Positions 49,982-59,914 of a stretch of DNA of 64,000 nt are shown one piece after another; positions within the stretch are counted from its first letter, which is position 1, and every line of letters starts with the position of its first letter. The notes beneath the pieces are model-generated. The model ran no database searches, was not told the origin of the DNA, and saw only the letters and a list, made by a program, of their open reading frames with translations. The stretch is from Coprothermobacterota bacterium (GTDB lineage Bacteria > Coprothermobacterota > Coprothermobacteria > Coprothermobacterales > Coprothermobacteraceae), in contig JAZIGN010000001.1 of the NCBI GenBank assembly GCA_036679065.1, positions 32,001-96,000 on the forward strand, given 5' to 3'. The translations under genes were made by a program, and so were the position numbers.

Positions 49982-52369
49982 ATGAAATTCAGTTTTAACC
50001 AACTTAAAAAGTTTTGGCAGGAAAAGGACCAAGTTACCTGGCAGCAGGTAAAAAGTTATCTGGAAAAACACTTGGAAGTTGAAGTTGAGGAAGAAGTACC
50101 CATTGACATACCCGATTCATGGTGGCTAAAAGAGGTAACTCCAGCTAATGAAAAAAACTCCAGAGCGGAGGTGCATCTGGAAAACGGCTCTGTCATTCCA
50201 GTGTACTTACCCGAGGAAGTTTCTCATGGTAGCAGTAGTAGCGGTACCAGCATTTGTGTGCTAGTGGATACCAAGACTGGCACGCTGCTTTCCAGGGGCG
50301 ATTTGGGACCATTGCAAGAACTGCTTGGTTTTGCAACGGTAAGTAGTAATGGCAGCGAAGCAGGTTCTCTTAAGGAAGCAGGGACCTCTGCCGGCCGCGA
50401 TGATTTGTCAGATGTGGTTCTTCTAAGAAATACCCCTGAAGGGCCTCTTAAAGAGGTGCTTGAGCTTCCGGATATGCTTATAAAGCTGAGTGTGCTTCCT
50501 AACCGTGGTGACTTGAGCCACCTATTTGGCTTGGCTCGGGAAATTGCCTTCGGTATGGGACTCACTCTGGTAGAGCCGAGCCCCAAACACGAATTTGAAA
50601 AACGCAATGGTTTGGTTTCCATCCAAACCGATGGGTGCTTGGTTTATGCTGGTATGCTGCTGGAGAACTTGAAAATTGAGGAAAGCCCATGGTGGCTCAA
50701 ACTGGAGCTGATGCGCTTCGGCCAACGCTGCATAAGCAATGTGGTGGACCTAACAAATTACTTCCTATTTACCTATGGTCAACCCATGCATGCTTTTGAT
50801 TTTGATACTCTGGAAGAACATCGCATCATTGTACGTCAGGCAAAACAAGGCGAGAAGCTGGTGCTCCTTAATGATGAAGAGGTCACGTTGGATGAAGGCT
50901 GCATGGTCATCGCAGATGCGGTGAAACCCATTGGCGTTGCCGGTGTCATGGGTGGGCGAGATGCTTCTGTGAGCTCTCAAACAAAGCGAGTCTTACTGGA
51001 AGTAGCAGCATTTGCTCCTTCGTATGTGGCTATGAGTTCTCGAAAACTTGGTGTGAGAACTGATGCCAGCATGCTTTACGAACGTGGTGTGGCACCTTTC
51101 GGTCAAACCCATATGGCGCTTCTGTTCGCTGATTTTATTGAGGAGATGGGCTGTGCAGAAGCCACTGCGTTGTGGCACGCCGGGGCGGAAACTCGTTACA
51201 GATTGGTGGAATACAACCCACAGCGCATTGTAGAACTTTCCTCGGTGGAAGAACGTGATCTTCTGGACATGATTGCCAGCAAGCGGTGGGAAGTCATAAG
51301 TGAAAGCGATGGTAAACAAAAGATAAAAATACCAGCCTACAGGTGGGACATAACCAGAACCGAGGACTTAGTGGATGAACTGGTGAAATTTGTGGGCTAT
51401 GACTGTGTTCCGTCACTGCCACTGGTTGACTTTGTTCCCTTCCGGGAGAAAGAATCCATAACAAAGGAAAACAAGTTCAGAGAAGCAAGTACGCTCTATT
51501 TCCAAGAAGTTTTCATGGTTTCGCTCATATCTGATAAGGATGTTCAGAACATTGCTGCTCACATGGGCGTAAATGTTGAAGATGCGCTGGCCGTGGATAA
51601 CCCCGTGAGCCGTGAGCTTGCTTACTTAAGACCTAACTTGCTTATCGGTTTAATGAAAGCAGCTTTGCTTAACCAAAATCGTTTCCATGACGATGTTCAT
51701 GTCTTCGAAATTGGCTCCGTGTTTAGGAGAACATGTAAAGGAAATAACTCAAGTGAACCACAGGAAAGGCGTCACATCGCTTATTTGTCCAAGGGTGCTT
51801 ATTGGGAGAGTGCCTTGGAAAAGGATCCTTGGGGTTACCGCGAGTTCAAGGGTGTTTTGGAGAACATCTTCAAGCGCTGTGGTCTTATTTTGGATTGGGA
51901 GAATGCTCCTGTTCCTTGGGCTGAAAGCTCATTCTCTGGTATCATAAAGTATGAAGGGCGCGAAGTGGGGCAGGTGGGCATGCTCAGGACAGCTTTGCTC
52001 AAGGCATATGATTTGAAGGGTCCCGTGTTTGGTGCTGAACTCGACTTGGATGCGCTGCCGCTTGTAACAGAAAAGGAACCCGTATTTCCACTTAAGTTTC
52101 CTCAAAGCTGGAGAGATTTTTCCATCGTCATGCCCATGCAGGAGCCTGTTGCGAGCCTTTCTAAGCTATTTGAAGGCGAGCCACTGGTAAAGGGCTGGAG
52201 AGTGGTGGATCTGTACCAGGGTGAGAAATTGTCTGCTGGTGAGAAGAGTGTTACTGTGCGCGTTTGGTTAGGCGCTGAAGACCACACGGTCAGTAGCGAT
52301 GAGGTGGAACAAGTTGTGGAGCGCGTTTTAGTGCGCTTAACGGAGGCGGGATGGCGACTAAGGTCATGA
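49982..52369 (+). CDS. pheT: Phenylalanine--tRNA ligase beta subunit (divergent N-terminal region)
   Basis: PNRGDL, NVVDLTNY...GQPMHAFD, YRWDITRTEDLVDE and C-terminal FDX-ACB domain (RDFS...DLYQG...KSV). Confidence 0.94.
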   Translation: MKFSFNQLKKFWQEKDQVTWQQVKSYLEKHLEVEVEEEVPIDIPDSWWLKEVTPANEKNSRAEVHLENGSVIPVYLPEEVSHGSSSSGTSICVLVDTKTGTLLSRGDLGPLQELLGFATVSSNGSEAGSLKEAGTSAGRDDLSDVVLLRNTPEGPLKEVLELPDMLIKLSVLPNRGDLSHLFGLAREIAFGMGLTLVEPSPKHEFEKRNGLVSIQTDGCLVYAGMLLENLKIEESPWWLKLELMRFGQRCISNVVDLTNYFLFTYGQPMHAFDFDTLEEHRIIVRQAKQGEKLVLLNDEEVTLDEGCMVIADAVKPIGVAGVMGGRDASVSSQTKRVLLEVAAFAPSYVAMSSRKLGVRTDASMLYERGVAPFGQTHMALLFADFIEEMGCAEATALWHAGAETRYRLVEYNPQRIVELSSVEERDLLDMIASKRWEVISESDGKQKIKIPAYRWDITRTEDLVDELVKFVGYDCVPSLPLVDFVPFREKESITKENKFREASTLYFQEVFMVSLISDKDVQNIAAHMGVNVEDALAVDNPVSRELAYLRPNLLIGLMKAALLNQNRFHDDVHVFEIGSVFRRTCKGNNSSEPQERRHIAYLSKGAYWESALEKDPWGYREFKGVLENIFKRCGLILDWENAPVPWAESSFSGIIKYEGREVGQVGMLRTALLKAYDLKGPVFGAELDLDALPLVTEKEPVFPLKFPQSWRDFSIVMPMQEPVASLSKLFEGEPLVKGWRVVDLYQGEKLSAGEKSVTVRVWLGAEDHTVSSDEVEQVVERVLVRLTEAGWRLRS

Positions 52370-54714
52370 AGGACGATTTAGATAGCCTGGAATACGGAAA
52401 AATACTGGCTCAGATAAAATCTTATGCTTCTTCTGATTATGGCCAACGCTATTTGGAAAACCATTTGCCTTCCTCCGATGCCCAGCAGGTTGAAAAATGG
52501 CTGAAGGAAACCGAAGAGGCTTGGGAACTTGTAAGGAAAAATGTGGATCCGTTTACCTTCTTCGTACCCGACGTGGACAGCGTTGTTGAACTTCTGGATA
52601 AACAGGGCTATGTTCCCGTGGAGGATTTCCTGAACTTTGTTAAAGCCGCAGAAGTTTTGGTGCAGCTCAGGCGAAAAATATCTGCGGAGACAGGGGTGCT
52701 TGGTAGCTTGGCGAAGCGCATTGTCCCCCTGGATGCTTGGTTGGATGAAGTGCGGGGTAAAGTCGATGAGAGCGGCTATGTAAAGGATGAAGCCAGCCGT
52801 AAGCTTTCCGATATCAGACGTGACCAAAAAAGGCTTTCCAACGAAATTCAAGATAAGCTGCAAAAGGAAATGGACCGCTACCAGCGATTCATCTCCGACA
52901 GGTTGGTGGTAAAAAGAGGAAATCGCTACGCCATTCCTGTAAAGAGTTCCAACGTACCGCAAGTGAAAGGCATCGTTCTGGATTGGTCTGGCTCGGGTCA
53001 GACTGCCTACGTGGAGCCATTCTCAGTGGTAGACATGAACAACCGCCTGGAAGAACTGCGGTTCATGGAAGAGCAGGAGATTTACCGCATTTTTCAAGAA
53101 CTTTGCAGCAAGCTTTATCCCATCGCTGAAGAAATACGTATTTCCCTAAGAATACTGGGTGAAATCGATGCTGCATATGCCAAGGCAAAGTGGGGTTCTG
53201 CCATGCGCGGAACGTTGCCTAAAATCTCACAGAACGGTTGCATAAACATAAAGGGTGCTCGGCATCCTCTCATACCTCAGGACCGCGTAGTTCCCATCGA
53301 TGTTGTGGTACCAGAAGGGCGAATTGGTGTCATACTCAGTGGACCAAACACGGGCGGAAAGACGGTCACCTTGAAAACCATTGGGCTTTTTGCGGCTCTG
53401 CTAAAGATTGGTGCTCCCGTGCCTGCTGTGGATGTGGAAATGCCGCTTTACAATCGCATTTTCACCGACATTGGTGATCAGCAAAGTATTGAGAGTAGTC
53501 TGTCCACCTTTGCTTCGCACATTGCCAGGCTAAAAGTCATCGTGGAAGAAGCGGATTCAGGGGATCTTGTGCTCATTGACGAGCTTGGTTCTGGCACCGA
53601 CCCTGATGAGGGAGCTGCCATTGCCGAGGCCGTGGTGGATTTTCTGGTGCGTCGCAATGTCCAGTTTTTCATAGCCACTCATTTGTGGCGTCTAAAGACC
53701 TTAGCAGCTGACCGGAAAGAAATCATCAACGCTTCAGTGGACTTCGACACCGAGAAGCTAAAACCTCTTTACAAGCTAAACATGGGTGTGCCGGGAAGGT
53801 CTTATGCTTTGGAGATTGCGCAGAAGTGGGGCATGCCTGAACTTTTCATAAATACGGCGCGTTCTAAGCTTTCTGAAGATCATGAGCGGGTTGAGAAGCT
53901 CATCGAACAACTTCAAGAACGTGTGAAAAGCTACGAAGACCTTCAGCGCGAAGCGGCCAGACTTCGTGACGAGCTGCGCGAGAAGAATAACCAACTTGAC
54001 AAGGCCTTAAGCCAGCTGGACGCAAAGAAAACAAAAATAATGGATGAAACCAGGGCGAAGGCAAAAAGAATATTGGAAGAAGCTGACGAAGAAAGTAAAC
54101 GCCTGCTAAAGGAGCTCAGTCAGCAGAGCAAAGCCAACCAAAGGGCTTACCAAATACGTGAACAGATTAAGAACATGCTCGAGGAAGTCGTCAAAGAGGA
54201 CGATGAGATGCAGGAGAAACAGCACGGTGGACCTGAACCCATTCCAGTTCAGATCAGAGAAGGGGATACCGTTTATGTGACTAAGTTCAAACAGCTTGGT
54301 CTGGTTTTAAAGCTTTCAGAAGACACAGCTGAAGTACAAATAGGACCATTAAGAGCTACAGTGGCAAAAACCGAGCTGAGCAAGGTTGATGCCACGGCTA
54401 CTGAGCACCGCCGTGGTGTGAGTGGTGTTATTAAAGGTGGGAGTGGAGTGGAGATAAACGTTACTCAGGATGTTCCCATGAAGCTGGAAGTACATGGCTT
54501 AACCGTAGACGACGCTCTGGAAAAGGTGGATAAATACCTGGATCAAGCCTATGCGGCGGGGTTGCCTTATGTGTACATCATCCACGGCCGCGGTACGGGT
54601 GCTTTGCTCAGAGCCATTCATGAGTATTTGAGTACGCATCCCCATGTGAGCCGATTCCGCTTCGCTGAACCCAGCGAAGGCGGAACCAGCGTTACCATGG
54701 TTTATTTCAGTTAG
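52351..54714 (+). CDS. mutS2: Endonuclease MutS2 (RqcU)
   Basis: GPNTGGKT, DIGDQQSIESSLSTF, DELGSGTDPDEG, KOW domain and C-terminal Smr (IIHGRGTG). Confidence 0.96.
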   Translation: MATKVMKDDLDSLEYGKILAQIKSYASSDYGQRYLENHLPSSDAQQVEKWLKETEEAWELVRKNVDPFTFFVPDVDSVVELLDKQGYVPVEDFLNFVKAAEVLVQLRRKISAETGVLGSLAKRIVPLDAWLDEVRGKVDESGYVKDEASRKLSDIRRDQKRLSNEIQDKLQKEMDRYQRFISDRLVVKRGNRYAIPVKSSNVPQVKGIVLDWSGSGQTAYVEPFSVVDMNNRLEELRFMEEQEIYRIFQELCSKLYPIAEEIRISLRILGEIDAAYAKAKWGSAMRGTLPKISQNGCINIKGARHPLIPQDRVVPIDVVVPEGRIGVILSGPNTGGKTVTLKTIGLFAALLKIGAPVPAVDVEMPLYNRIFTDIGDQQSIESSLSTFASHIARLKVIVEEADSGDLVLIDELGSGTDPDEGAAIAEAVVDFLVRRNVQFFIATHLWRLKTLAADRKEIINASVDFDTEKLKPLYKLNMGVPGRSYALEIAQKWGMPELFINTARSKLSEDHERVEKLIEQLQERVKSYEDLQREAARLRDELREKNNQLDKALSQLDAKKTKIMDETRAKAKRILEEADEESKRLLKELSQQSKANQRAYQIREQIKNMLEEVVKEDDEMQEKQHGGPEPIPVQIREGDTVYVTKFKQLGLVLKLSEDTAEVQIGPLRATVAKTELSKVDATATEHRRGVSGVIKGGSGVEINVTQDVPMKLEVHGLTVDDALEKVDKYLDQAYAAGLPYVYIIHGRGTGALLRAIHEYLSTHPHVSRFRFAEPSEGGTSVTMVYFS

Positions 54715-54761
54715 GTAGGTTAGAACTGTAACTCACTTCAATGCTCTTCTTGTGTATGTTT

Positions 54762-55124
54762 TTACGTCTTCAGCTTCTTAACTTCTTTCACGTTATTATG
54801 CTCATCCATGATGAGGACCGTGGCAGTTACTTCTTCCTCAGGTTCTTTCATGGCAAAAGCCATCACAATGATGCGATCGCCCACCACAGCAGATCTTGCT
54901 GCTGCACCGTTAAGACCTACTTCGCGTGAATTAGCGGGAGCCGGTATGATGTAAGTTTCAAAGCGCTCACCATTTGTTACATTAGCCACTAATACCTTTT
55001 CATATGGCCTCAAGTTGGCTTGTTTTATGAGTTCTTCATCCAAACTCAAGCTGCCTTCGTAATCCACGTTGCACACAGTAACGCGGGCATTGTGAATCTT
55101 GCTTTTTAGTACCGTTATAAGCAT
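54762..55124 (-). CDS. panD: Aspartate 1-decarboxylase
   Basis: KSKIH, YEG/S self-cleavage site, RFETY and NGAAAR. Confidence 0.96.
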   Translation of the reverse strand: MLITVLKSKIHNARVTVCNVDYEGSLSLDEELIKQANLRPYEKVLVANVTNGERFETYIIPAPANSREVGLNGAAARSAVVGDRIIVMAFAMKEPEEEVTATVLIMDEHNNVKEVKKLKT

Positions 55125-55131
55125 GCTCTTA

Positions 55132-55995
55132 TCACCGAACCTCTATTACTAAATTATCAATAAGCCTAACCTTGCCCAAAAACACTGCCGTGGCAATGAT
55201 GATCTTCTGGGGAGGTTCTATTTTGGGCAACAGTTCCAACGTGTCATAATCCACTAGCTGAAAGTACTGTACCTTAAATCCTTGCTGAGAAAGAAACCTT
55301 GTACAAGTACTTATTACTTCAGCAGTGCTTATGACCCCTTTTTCCAAAATGAGATCTTTTGCCATTAGTAGCGATTTGTAAATGGAAGCTGCTTTTTCTC
55401 TTTCTTCAGCGCTAAGGTAAGTATTTCTTGAGGACAAGGCAAGCCCTGAGGGTTCCCGCACTGTGGGTACAGGGACTATTTCAATGTTCATGTTTAAATC
55501 ATTCACCATTTCCTCAATAATACGTAACTGCTGAATGTCCTTCATTCCAAAGTAAGCCCTGTTCGGACTAACAATGTTGAAAAGCTTTGTGACCACGGTT
55601 ACCACGCCACGGAAATGACCTGGACGGAAGCGGCCGCACAGGTTCTCATCCAAGTGCTTAACGTCCACAAAAACATCCACCTGATTGCCTTTTTTGGGAT
55701 ACATCTCTTCCACCGTGGGCACAAACATAAAATCTACTCCGTGTTCACTACAAAGCTGTGCGTCCCGATCCATGTCCCTGGGGTAAACTAGGTAATCTTC
55801 ATTGGGCCCAAACTGAAGGGGATTAACAAAATCGCTAACTACCACCACATCGTTTTCTTTTCGAGCGGTGTCGATAAGTGCTAAATGGCCCTCGTGCAAG
55901 TACCCCATGGTTGGTACAAGGCCCACTGACTTACCTTGTCTTTTCATTTCTGCAACTTTCTCTCTCATGGTCTTAATGTCACGTACGATCTCCAT
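55132..55995 (-). CDS. panC: Pantoate--beta-alanine ligase
   Basis: PTMGYLHEGH, VNPLQF, RPGHFRGV, LALSSRN and RLIDN. Confidence 0.97.
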   Translation of the reverse strand: MEIVRDIKTMREKVAEMKRQGKSVGLVPTMGYLHEGHLALIDTARKENDVVVVSDFVNPLQFGPNEDYLVYPRDMDRDAQLCSEHGVDFMFVPTVEEMYPKKGNQVDVFVDVKHLDENLCGRFRPGHFRGVVTVVTKLFNIVSPNRAYFGMKDIQQLRIIEEMVNDLNMNIEIVPVPTVREPSGLALSSRNTYLSAEEREKAASIYKSLLMAKDLILEKGVISTAEVISTCTRFLSQQGFKVQYFQLVDYDTLELLPKIEPPQKIIIATAVFLGKVRLIDNLVIEVR

Positions 55996-56249
55996 GGCTT
56001 GCTAATGCCTCCTATGTAAAACTGACTAAAGCATTTTTTGTTGCTGCCACAATAAGTATGCACCCACAGATGGTGTTTTCTTTGCGAGCTTCACATCTTC
56101 CCTGCATGGAATTGTGGCAAACCAGCACCGTGCAGGTAGCATATTCTCATTGTATACACAATATACACAACTATGTGGTTTATTAATTTAACTGCAAAAC
56201 TTCGTAATCCAAATCTTTTAACAGCAAGCAGCTTGCTACTTTCTTGAAG

Positions 56250-57008
56250 CTACATCTTGCCTTGTTCCACGTCGTTCTTGTAACTGCTTACTGCCTTTTT
56301 CAGTTCTGCTCGCAAATCAAAGTAAGCCTTGGCAAAAGGTGGCCTGTCCTTGGTCAGCCCCATGAAGTCGTGGAGCACCAGTACCTGACCGTCACATTCA
56401 GGTCCTGCCCCAATGCCGATGGTAGGTATTTGCACCAGCTCAGTTATTTCCTTAGCCAGAGTGGCGGCCATGTTTTCCAAAACCAAAGAAAAAGCACCTG
56501 CTTCATAAAGGGCTTTTGCACTGCGCTTAAGGTATTCCGCATCTGATATGTTTTTACCACGCTTGCCATAACCCATAAGTTTGGCGCTTTGAGGTGTAAC
56601 GCCTATGTGTCCCATGACTGGTATGCCAATTTCTGTAAGCCTGCGTACCAGGTGAGCGACTTCCTCTCCACCTTCCAGTTTCACAGCGTCACAGTTGGTT
56701 TCCTTCATAACCTGTCCGCAGTTTCGCAGGGCTTCTTCAACGCTTATCTGGTAGGACAAGAAAGGCATATCAGCCACCACAAAGGTGTTGGGGGCACCGC
56801 GTTTTACCATTTCCGTGTGGTAAATGATTTGATCCAAAGTCACCGGTAAAGTGGTCTCCTTGCCTTGAACCACATTACCCAAGGAGTCGCCTACAAGCAG
56901 AGCATCCACGCCAGCCTCTTCTAAGGCGCTGGCAAAGGAAAAATCGTAGCAGGTAAGCATGATTATTTTCTTACTGCCTTTGAGTTTCTTAAACTGAGTG
57001 GCGTTCAT
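56250..57008 (-). CDS. panB: 3-methyl-2-oxobutanoate hydroxymethyltransferase
   Basis: LVGDSLG, ADMPF, VKLEGG and TIGIGAG..CDGQVLV. Confidence 0.97.
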   Translation of the reverse strand: MNATQFKKLKGSKKIIMLTCYDFSFASALEEAGVDALLVGDSLGNVVQGKETTLPVTLDQIIYHTEMVKRGAPNTFVVADMPFLSYQISVEEALRNCGQVMKETNCDAVKLEGGEEVAHLVRRLTEIGIPVMGHIGVTPQSAKLMGYGKRGKNISDAEYLKRSAKALYEAGAFSLVLENMAATLAKEITELVQIPTIGIGAGPECDGQVLVLHDFMGLTKDRPPFAKAYFDLRAELKKAVSSYKNDVEQGKM

Positions 57009-57012
57009 TTTA

Positions 57013-57819
57013 TTAAATGCCTCCCTCCATTATGATTTCCGCCAGCAATCGGTAGACCAAAGACCATTTTTCGCTAAGTGTGGAAGCCTCTGCATCTATA
57101 ACTTCCATGTCCTTCCTCACTGCAGGCCCTGTCAAACTGTCTTTACCTAATTTCAAGTAGTTTCTCAGTGTTGTTTCAACAATTTCCTTCACAAACAGTT
57201 TTTCAGCATCCAGTTCGCCGATGGAGTCTTCATTACTAGGCGCATCATTATCATCATCATAAGCAGGTGTGACGCCAGCTTCTCGAAGCAGCTCTCCGCC
57301 TTTAATCATGAGCACATCCACGTAGTTGGAAAGCAGAACAGCTGCAGTGTGGTAAGTGGTCTTCTTTTGAGAATCGATTCTATGCAACCTTAGTGGAACA
57401 ATGCTGGCAAGTTCTGCTGCAATCTGCTCAGCCTCCCTGTCTCCCTCAAAGGTTGCCAGTGCATTAACTAGCAGGTTGTGATCTTGCTCAGGTATGGGCA
57501 GCCATGGGTGAAGCGATCCGACGTAATTCGCCATGGGCTCAATTACACTGGAAGGGTGGAACCCACTGGTATGAAGTGCAACTGTGAAGCTTTGTGAAAA
57601 CTGCTCAGCCACGTTTCTCAAGGCTTTATCAGATACTGCCACAAAAGCAAAATCGCCTTTCACTTGCGTCGGGTCACTAATGGCGATTGCACCCACTTTC
57701 TTTGCCAAAATGCTGGCATTTTCAAAGGTTCGATTCCAAATGCGCAGACTTCCCATCTTCATTAAGAAAGGAGCAAAGGCTCCCGCCACGCGACCCGCAC
57801 CAATAAGCACTACGTCCAT
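57013..57819 (-). CDS. panG: Rossmann-like/DUF2520 protein, probable alternative ketopantoate reductase (PanG type)
   Basis: IGAGRV, AVSD, HTSG, SLHP, YHTAAV..SN and LTGPAVR; first gene of the pan operon. Confidence 0.8.
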   Translation of the reverse strand: MDVVLIGAGRVAGAFAPFLMKMGSLRIWNRTFENASILAKKVGAIAISDPTQVKGDFAFVAVSDKALRNVAEQFSQSFTVALHTSGFHPSSVIEPMANYVGSLHPWLPIPEQDHNLLVNALATFEGDREAEQIAAELASIVPLRLHRIDSQKKTTYHTAAVLLSNYVDVLMIKGGELLREAGVTPAYDDDNDAPSNEDSIGELDAEKLFVKEIVETTLRNYLKLGKDSLTGPAVRKDMEVIDAEASTLSEKWSLVYRLLAEIIMEGGI

Positions 57820-58151
57820 TTTATGCCTTTATTGTACAACCATTTGCAGTTTTGAGTTCTCTTTCACATACGCCATTGTCTTTTTTGGTCGCTTTACTTG
57901 TAGAAGTTTCAGTTTGAATAGTTTCGGTCACATGTTACTGAGTAATTTAGCGTAACTAGTGAAAAATGCACCCATGTGGCTTAAAATTGTATGAAATGGG
58001 GCGTACTTAACTAAGGCGAGGGACTTTTGTCGAAGTTTCGGTTACAGCTCATTCTTGTTTGATGGTCATTGGTGGTGTGGCAGAGTTCACGCGAGCAAGT
58101 GTTTAACAATGCTGGGTGAGTGTGTATATGTGTGTAACGCTGCCCACGTGA

Positions 58152-58184
58152 ATGTTCTGTGCATGTTCTGAGCATGTTATGTGC
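58152..58184 (+). repeat. Three tandem 11-bp direct repeats
   Basis: ATGTTCTGTGC ATGTTCTGAGC ATGTTATGTGC. Confidence 0.8.
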
Positions 58185-58333
58185 AAGCCGATGTGCAAAC
58201 GGCTCTCGTGACCAGATACTGCTTACACACAGAAGAATGGAATCGCACAGGTGTCACGGTTACTGCAATTCCACCTTGCCCTGCTGCGGTTTGTTGGGAG
58301 GAGAAGAGATGCGAAGTACCGAAAAGGGTGGTG

Positions 58334-59512
58334 TTGGCTTTGGTTGAAGAGCCCTTTGATTTCCAAACGGGTTTTACTGAGTTACCCATGGGACTGGTGG
58401 AGGATTTGCTGTCACAAAGTTCCAAATTGGCCGAACACATCAGAAAACAGATCCAGGAAATGGAGCAAGTTAAGAAAGAAGTTCGTGAGCAGTTGAAGCG
58501 TGAGGGTGTGTTGAGGCGTGACGGGGATTTTGGGTACTATGACGTACCTACCAGCTGCGGAGTGGACGGAGCTTACGCTACTGAGCGTTTGCTCGCTTTG
58601 GACTTCGGCGTTGCTGCCGCTGTTGCCGTGGAAGGTATCATACCGCCCTCCGCAAGAAGTTATTGGTCAGACCCTCAACACAAGGCTCATGCTGATGCTT
58701 ATGCACACAGTGACGACACCCCAGTAATCTTACGGGCGCTCATGATGGAATTTGAACTGGAACTGGCTGAGCAGGCTCCTCATGATGTGGTGTTCCTGGA
58801 CGGTTCCATGGCCACCCCCATCATACTCATGGATCAAGCCATAAACCGTCTCATCGAGCAGACTAAACAGGGAACTTACCACGCTTTGGCGGTGAAGGTG
58901 TTGGAGGGGTTTCCCACCTACTTAAGAGATTACTTAAGCATAAGCTCAGGAAAAAGGTCTGATAAGATCTGGGTTGCTTCACCTAAGTACAGTTCAAATC
59001 GTGAGTTCGGGAAAGTTCTCCAATGGCGTATTCCACTGGACGATCGTGCCGTGTTTACCTACGTGCTGGAAGCGGGAGAGTTTGCGGGCCCCGTTCAGAT
59101 GCAGCGGCCAGCTAGGATGTGGCACCTCACACCACCGGATGAAAACGACGAAGTAACAAAACAGCAAATTGAAAAACTCATCAATCAGCTAACTTCACTG
59201 CAAGTGATCTACTACAGACCAACAGCCATGGTGCCTGCCATGCGTCTGGAAGTACCTGCACCCGTGGCAACAAACGACACCAGGTTGGCCATGCTTTTAC
59301 AGGCGGTTAAGCATCAGTGTATGACCCCCGGGGTTATGGAACCTTTTCCACTTTACATGGCTGATCGCATGGTGAAGCACATTGGTGCTGCTATGCCGGC
59401 TCTGAGGCAAAATGCGACTACTGCATTGACCGAAGATGGCATTGAGGCATTTGACATGGACAACGTTTTCTTCAGTTTGCACGGCTACAGGAGCGAATCT
59501 GGTGGTTACTAA
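58334..59512 (+). CDS. nurA: NurA-domain nuclease
   Basis: CGVDGA and VVFLDGS acidic RNase H-fold motifs and EPFPLYMADRMVK C-terminal motif; upstream of a HerA ATPase. Start approximate (the ORF is open from 58181). Confidence 0.8.
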   Translation: MALVEEPFDFQTGFTELPMGLVEDLLSQSSKLAEHIRKQIQEMEQVKKEVREQLKREGVLRRDGDFGYYDVPTSCGVDGAYATERLLALDFGVAAAVAVEGIIPPSARSYWSDPQHKAHADAYAHSDDTPVILRALMMEFELELAEQAPHDVVFLDGSMATPIILMDQAINRLIEQTKQGTYHALAVKVLEGFPTYLRDYLSISSGKRSDKIWVASPKYSSNREFGKVLQWRIPLDDRAVFTYVLEAGEFAGPVQMQRPARMWHLTPPDENDEVTKQQIEKLINQLTSLQVIYYRPTAMVPAMRLEVPAPVATNDTRLAMLLQAVKHQCMTPGVMEPFPLYMADRMVKHIGAAMPALRQNATTALTEDGIEAFDMDNVFFSLHGYRSESGGY

Positions 59513-59717
59513 AATGTGGTGCGGGTATTCGGGCAGGGAAGAACGTGTAGAAGAATATGCGAAATATGTAAAGCACGTAAATTACGTGCACACGACCCGG
59601 AACAGAAGAACTTTTACAGCATGTGGAACTGAAACACGGGAGCATGTTAACACAGTGTCGTTATTTCCTGTGTCGACCGCGATGAGGCAAAGTGTTGACC
59701 ACTTTTGCAGCGGTTCA

Positions 59718-59762
59718 GGTATGACCGGAATGACAGGTGTGGCAGGTATGACAGGCATGAAT
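59718..59762 (+). repeat. Degenerate 9-bp tandem repeat, about 5 units
   Basis: GGTATGACC GGAATGACA GGTGTGGCA GGTATGACA GGCATGAAT. Confidence 0.7.
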
Positions 59763-59914
59763 AACCAGATCGCGGAGCCGGATTTTGCATGGTGCCATGA
59801 TGAGTGAACGCTGCCAATTATGCTCACATTTGAATCCACGTGTGTCTAATCCCAGTGTATTTAAGCGGGGTTTTCATAAGGTGAAAACATGGATTGAAAG
59901 GAGGCATAAAGGAT

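Noticed and set aside
58181..58333. Cys-rich N-terminal extension of the NurA ORF
   Set aside because: No SD at 58181 and the GTG lies in the tandem repeat; a later start is more plausible.
58152..59762. Short repeats as a CRISPR array
   Set aside because: Units are 9-11 bp tandem repeats with no spacers, and no cas genes are present.
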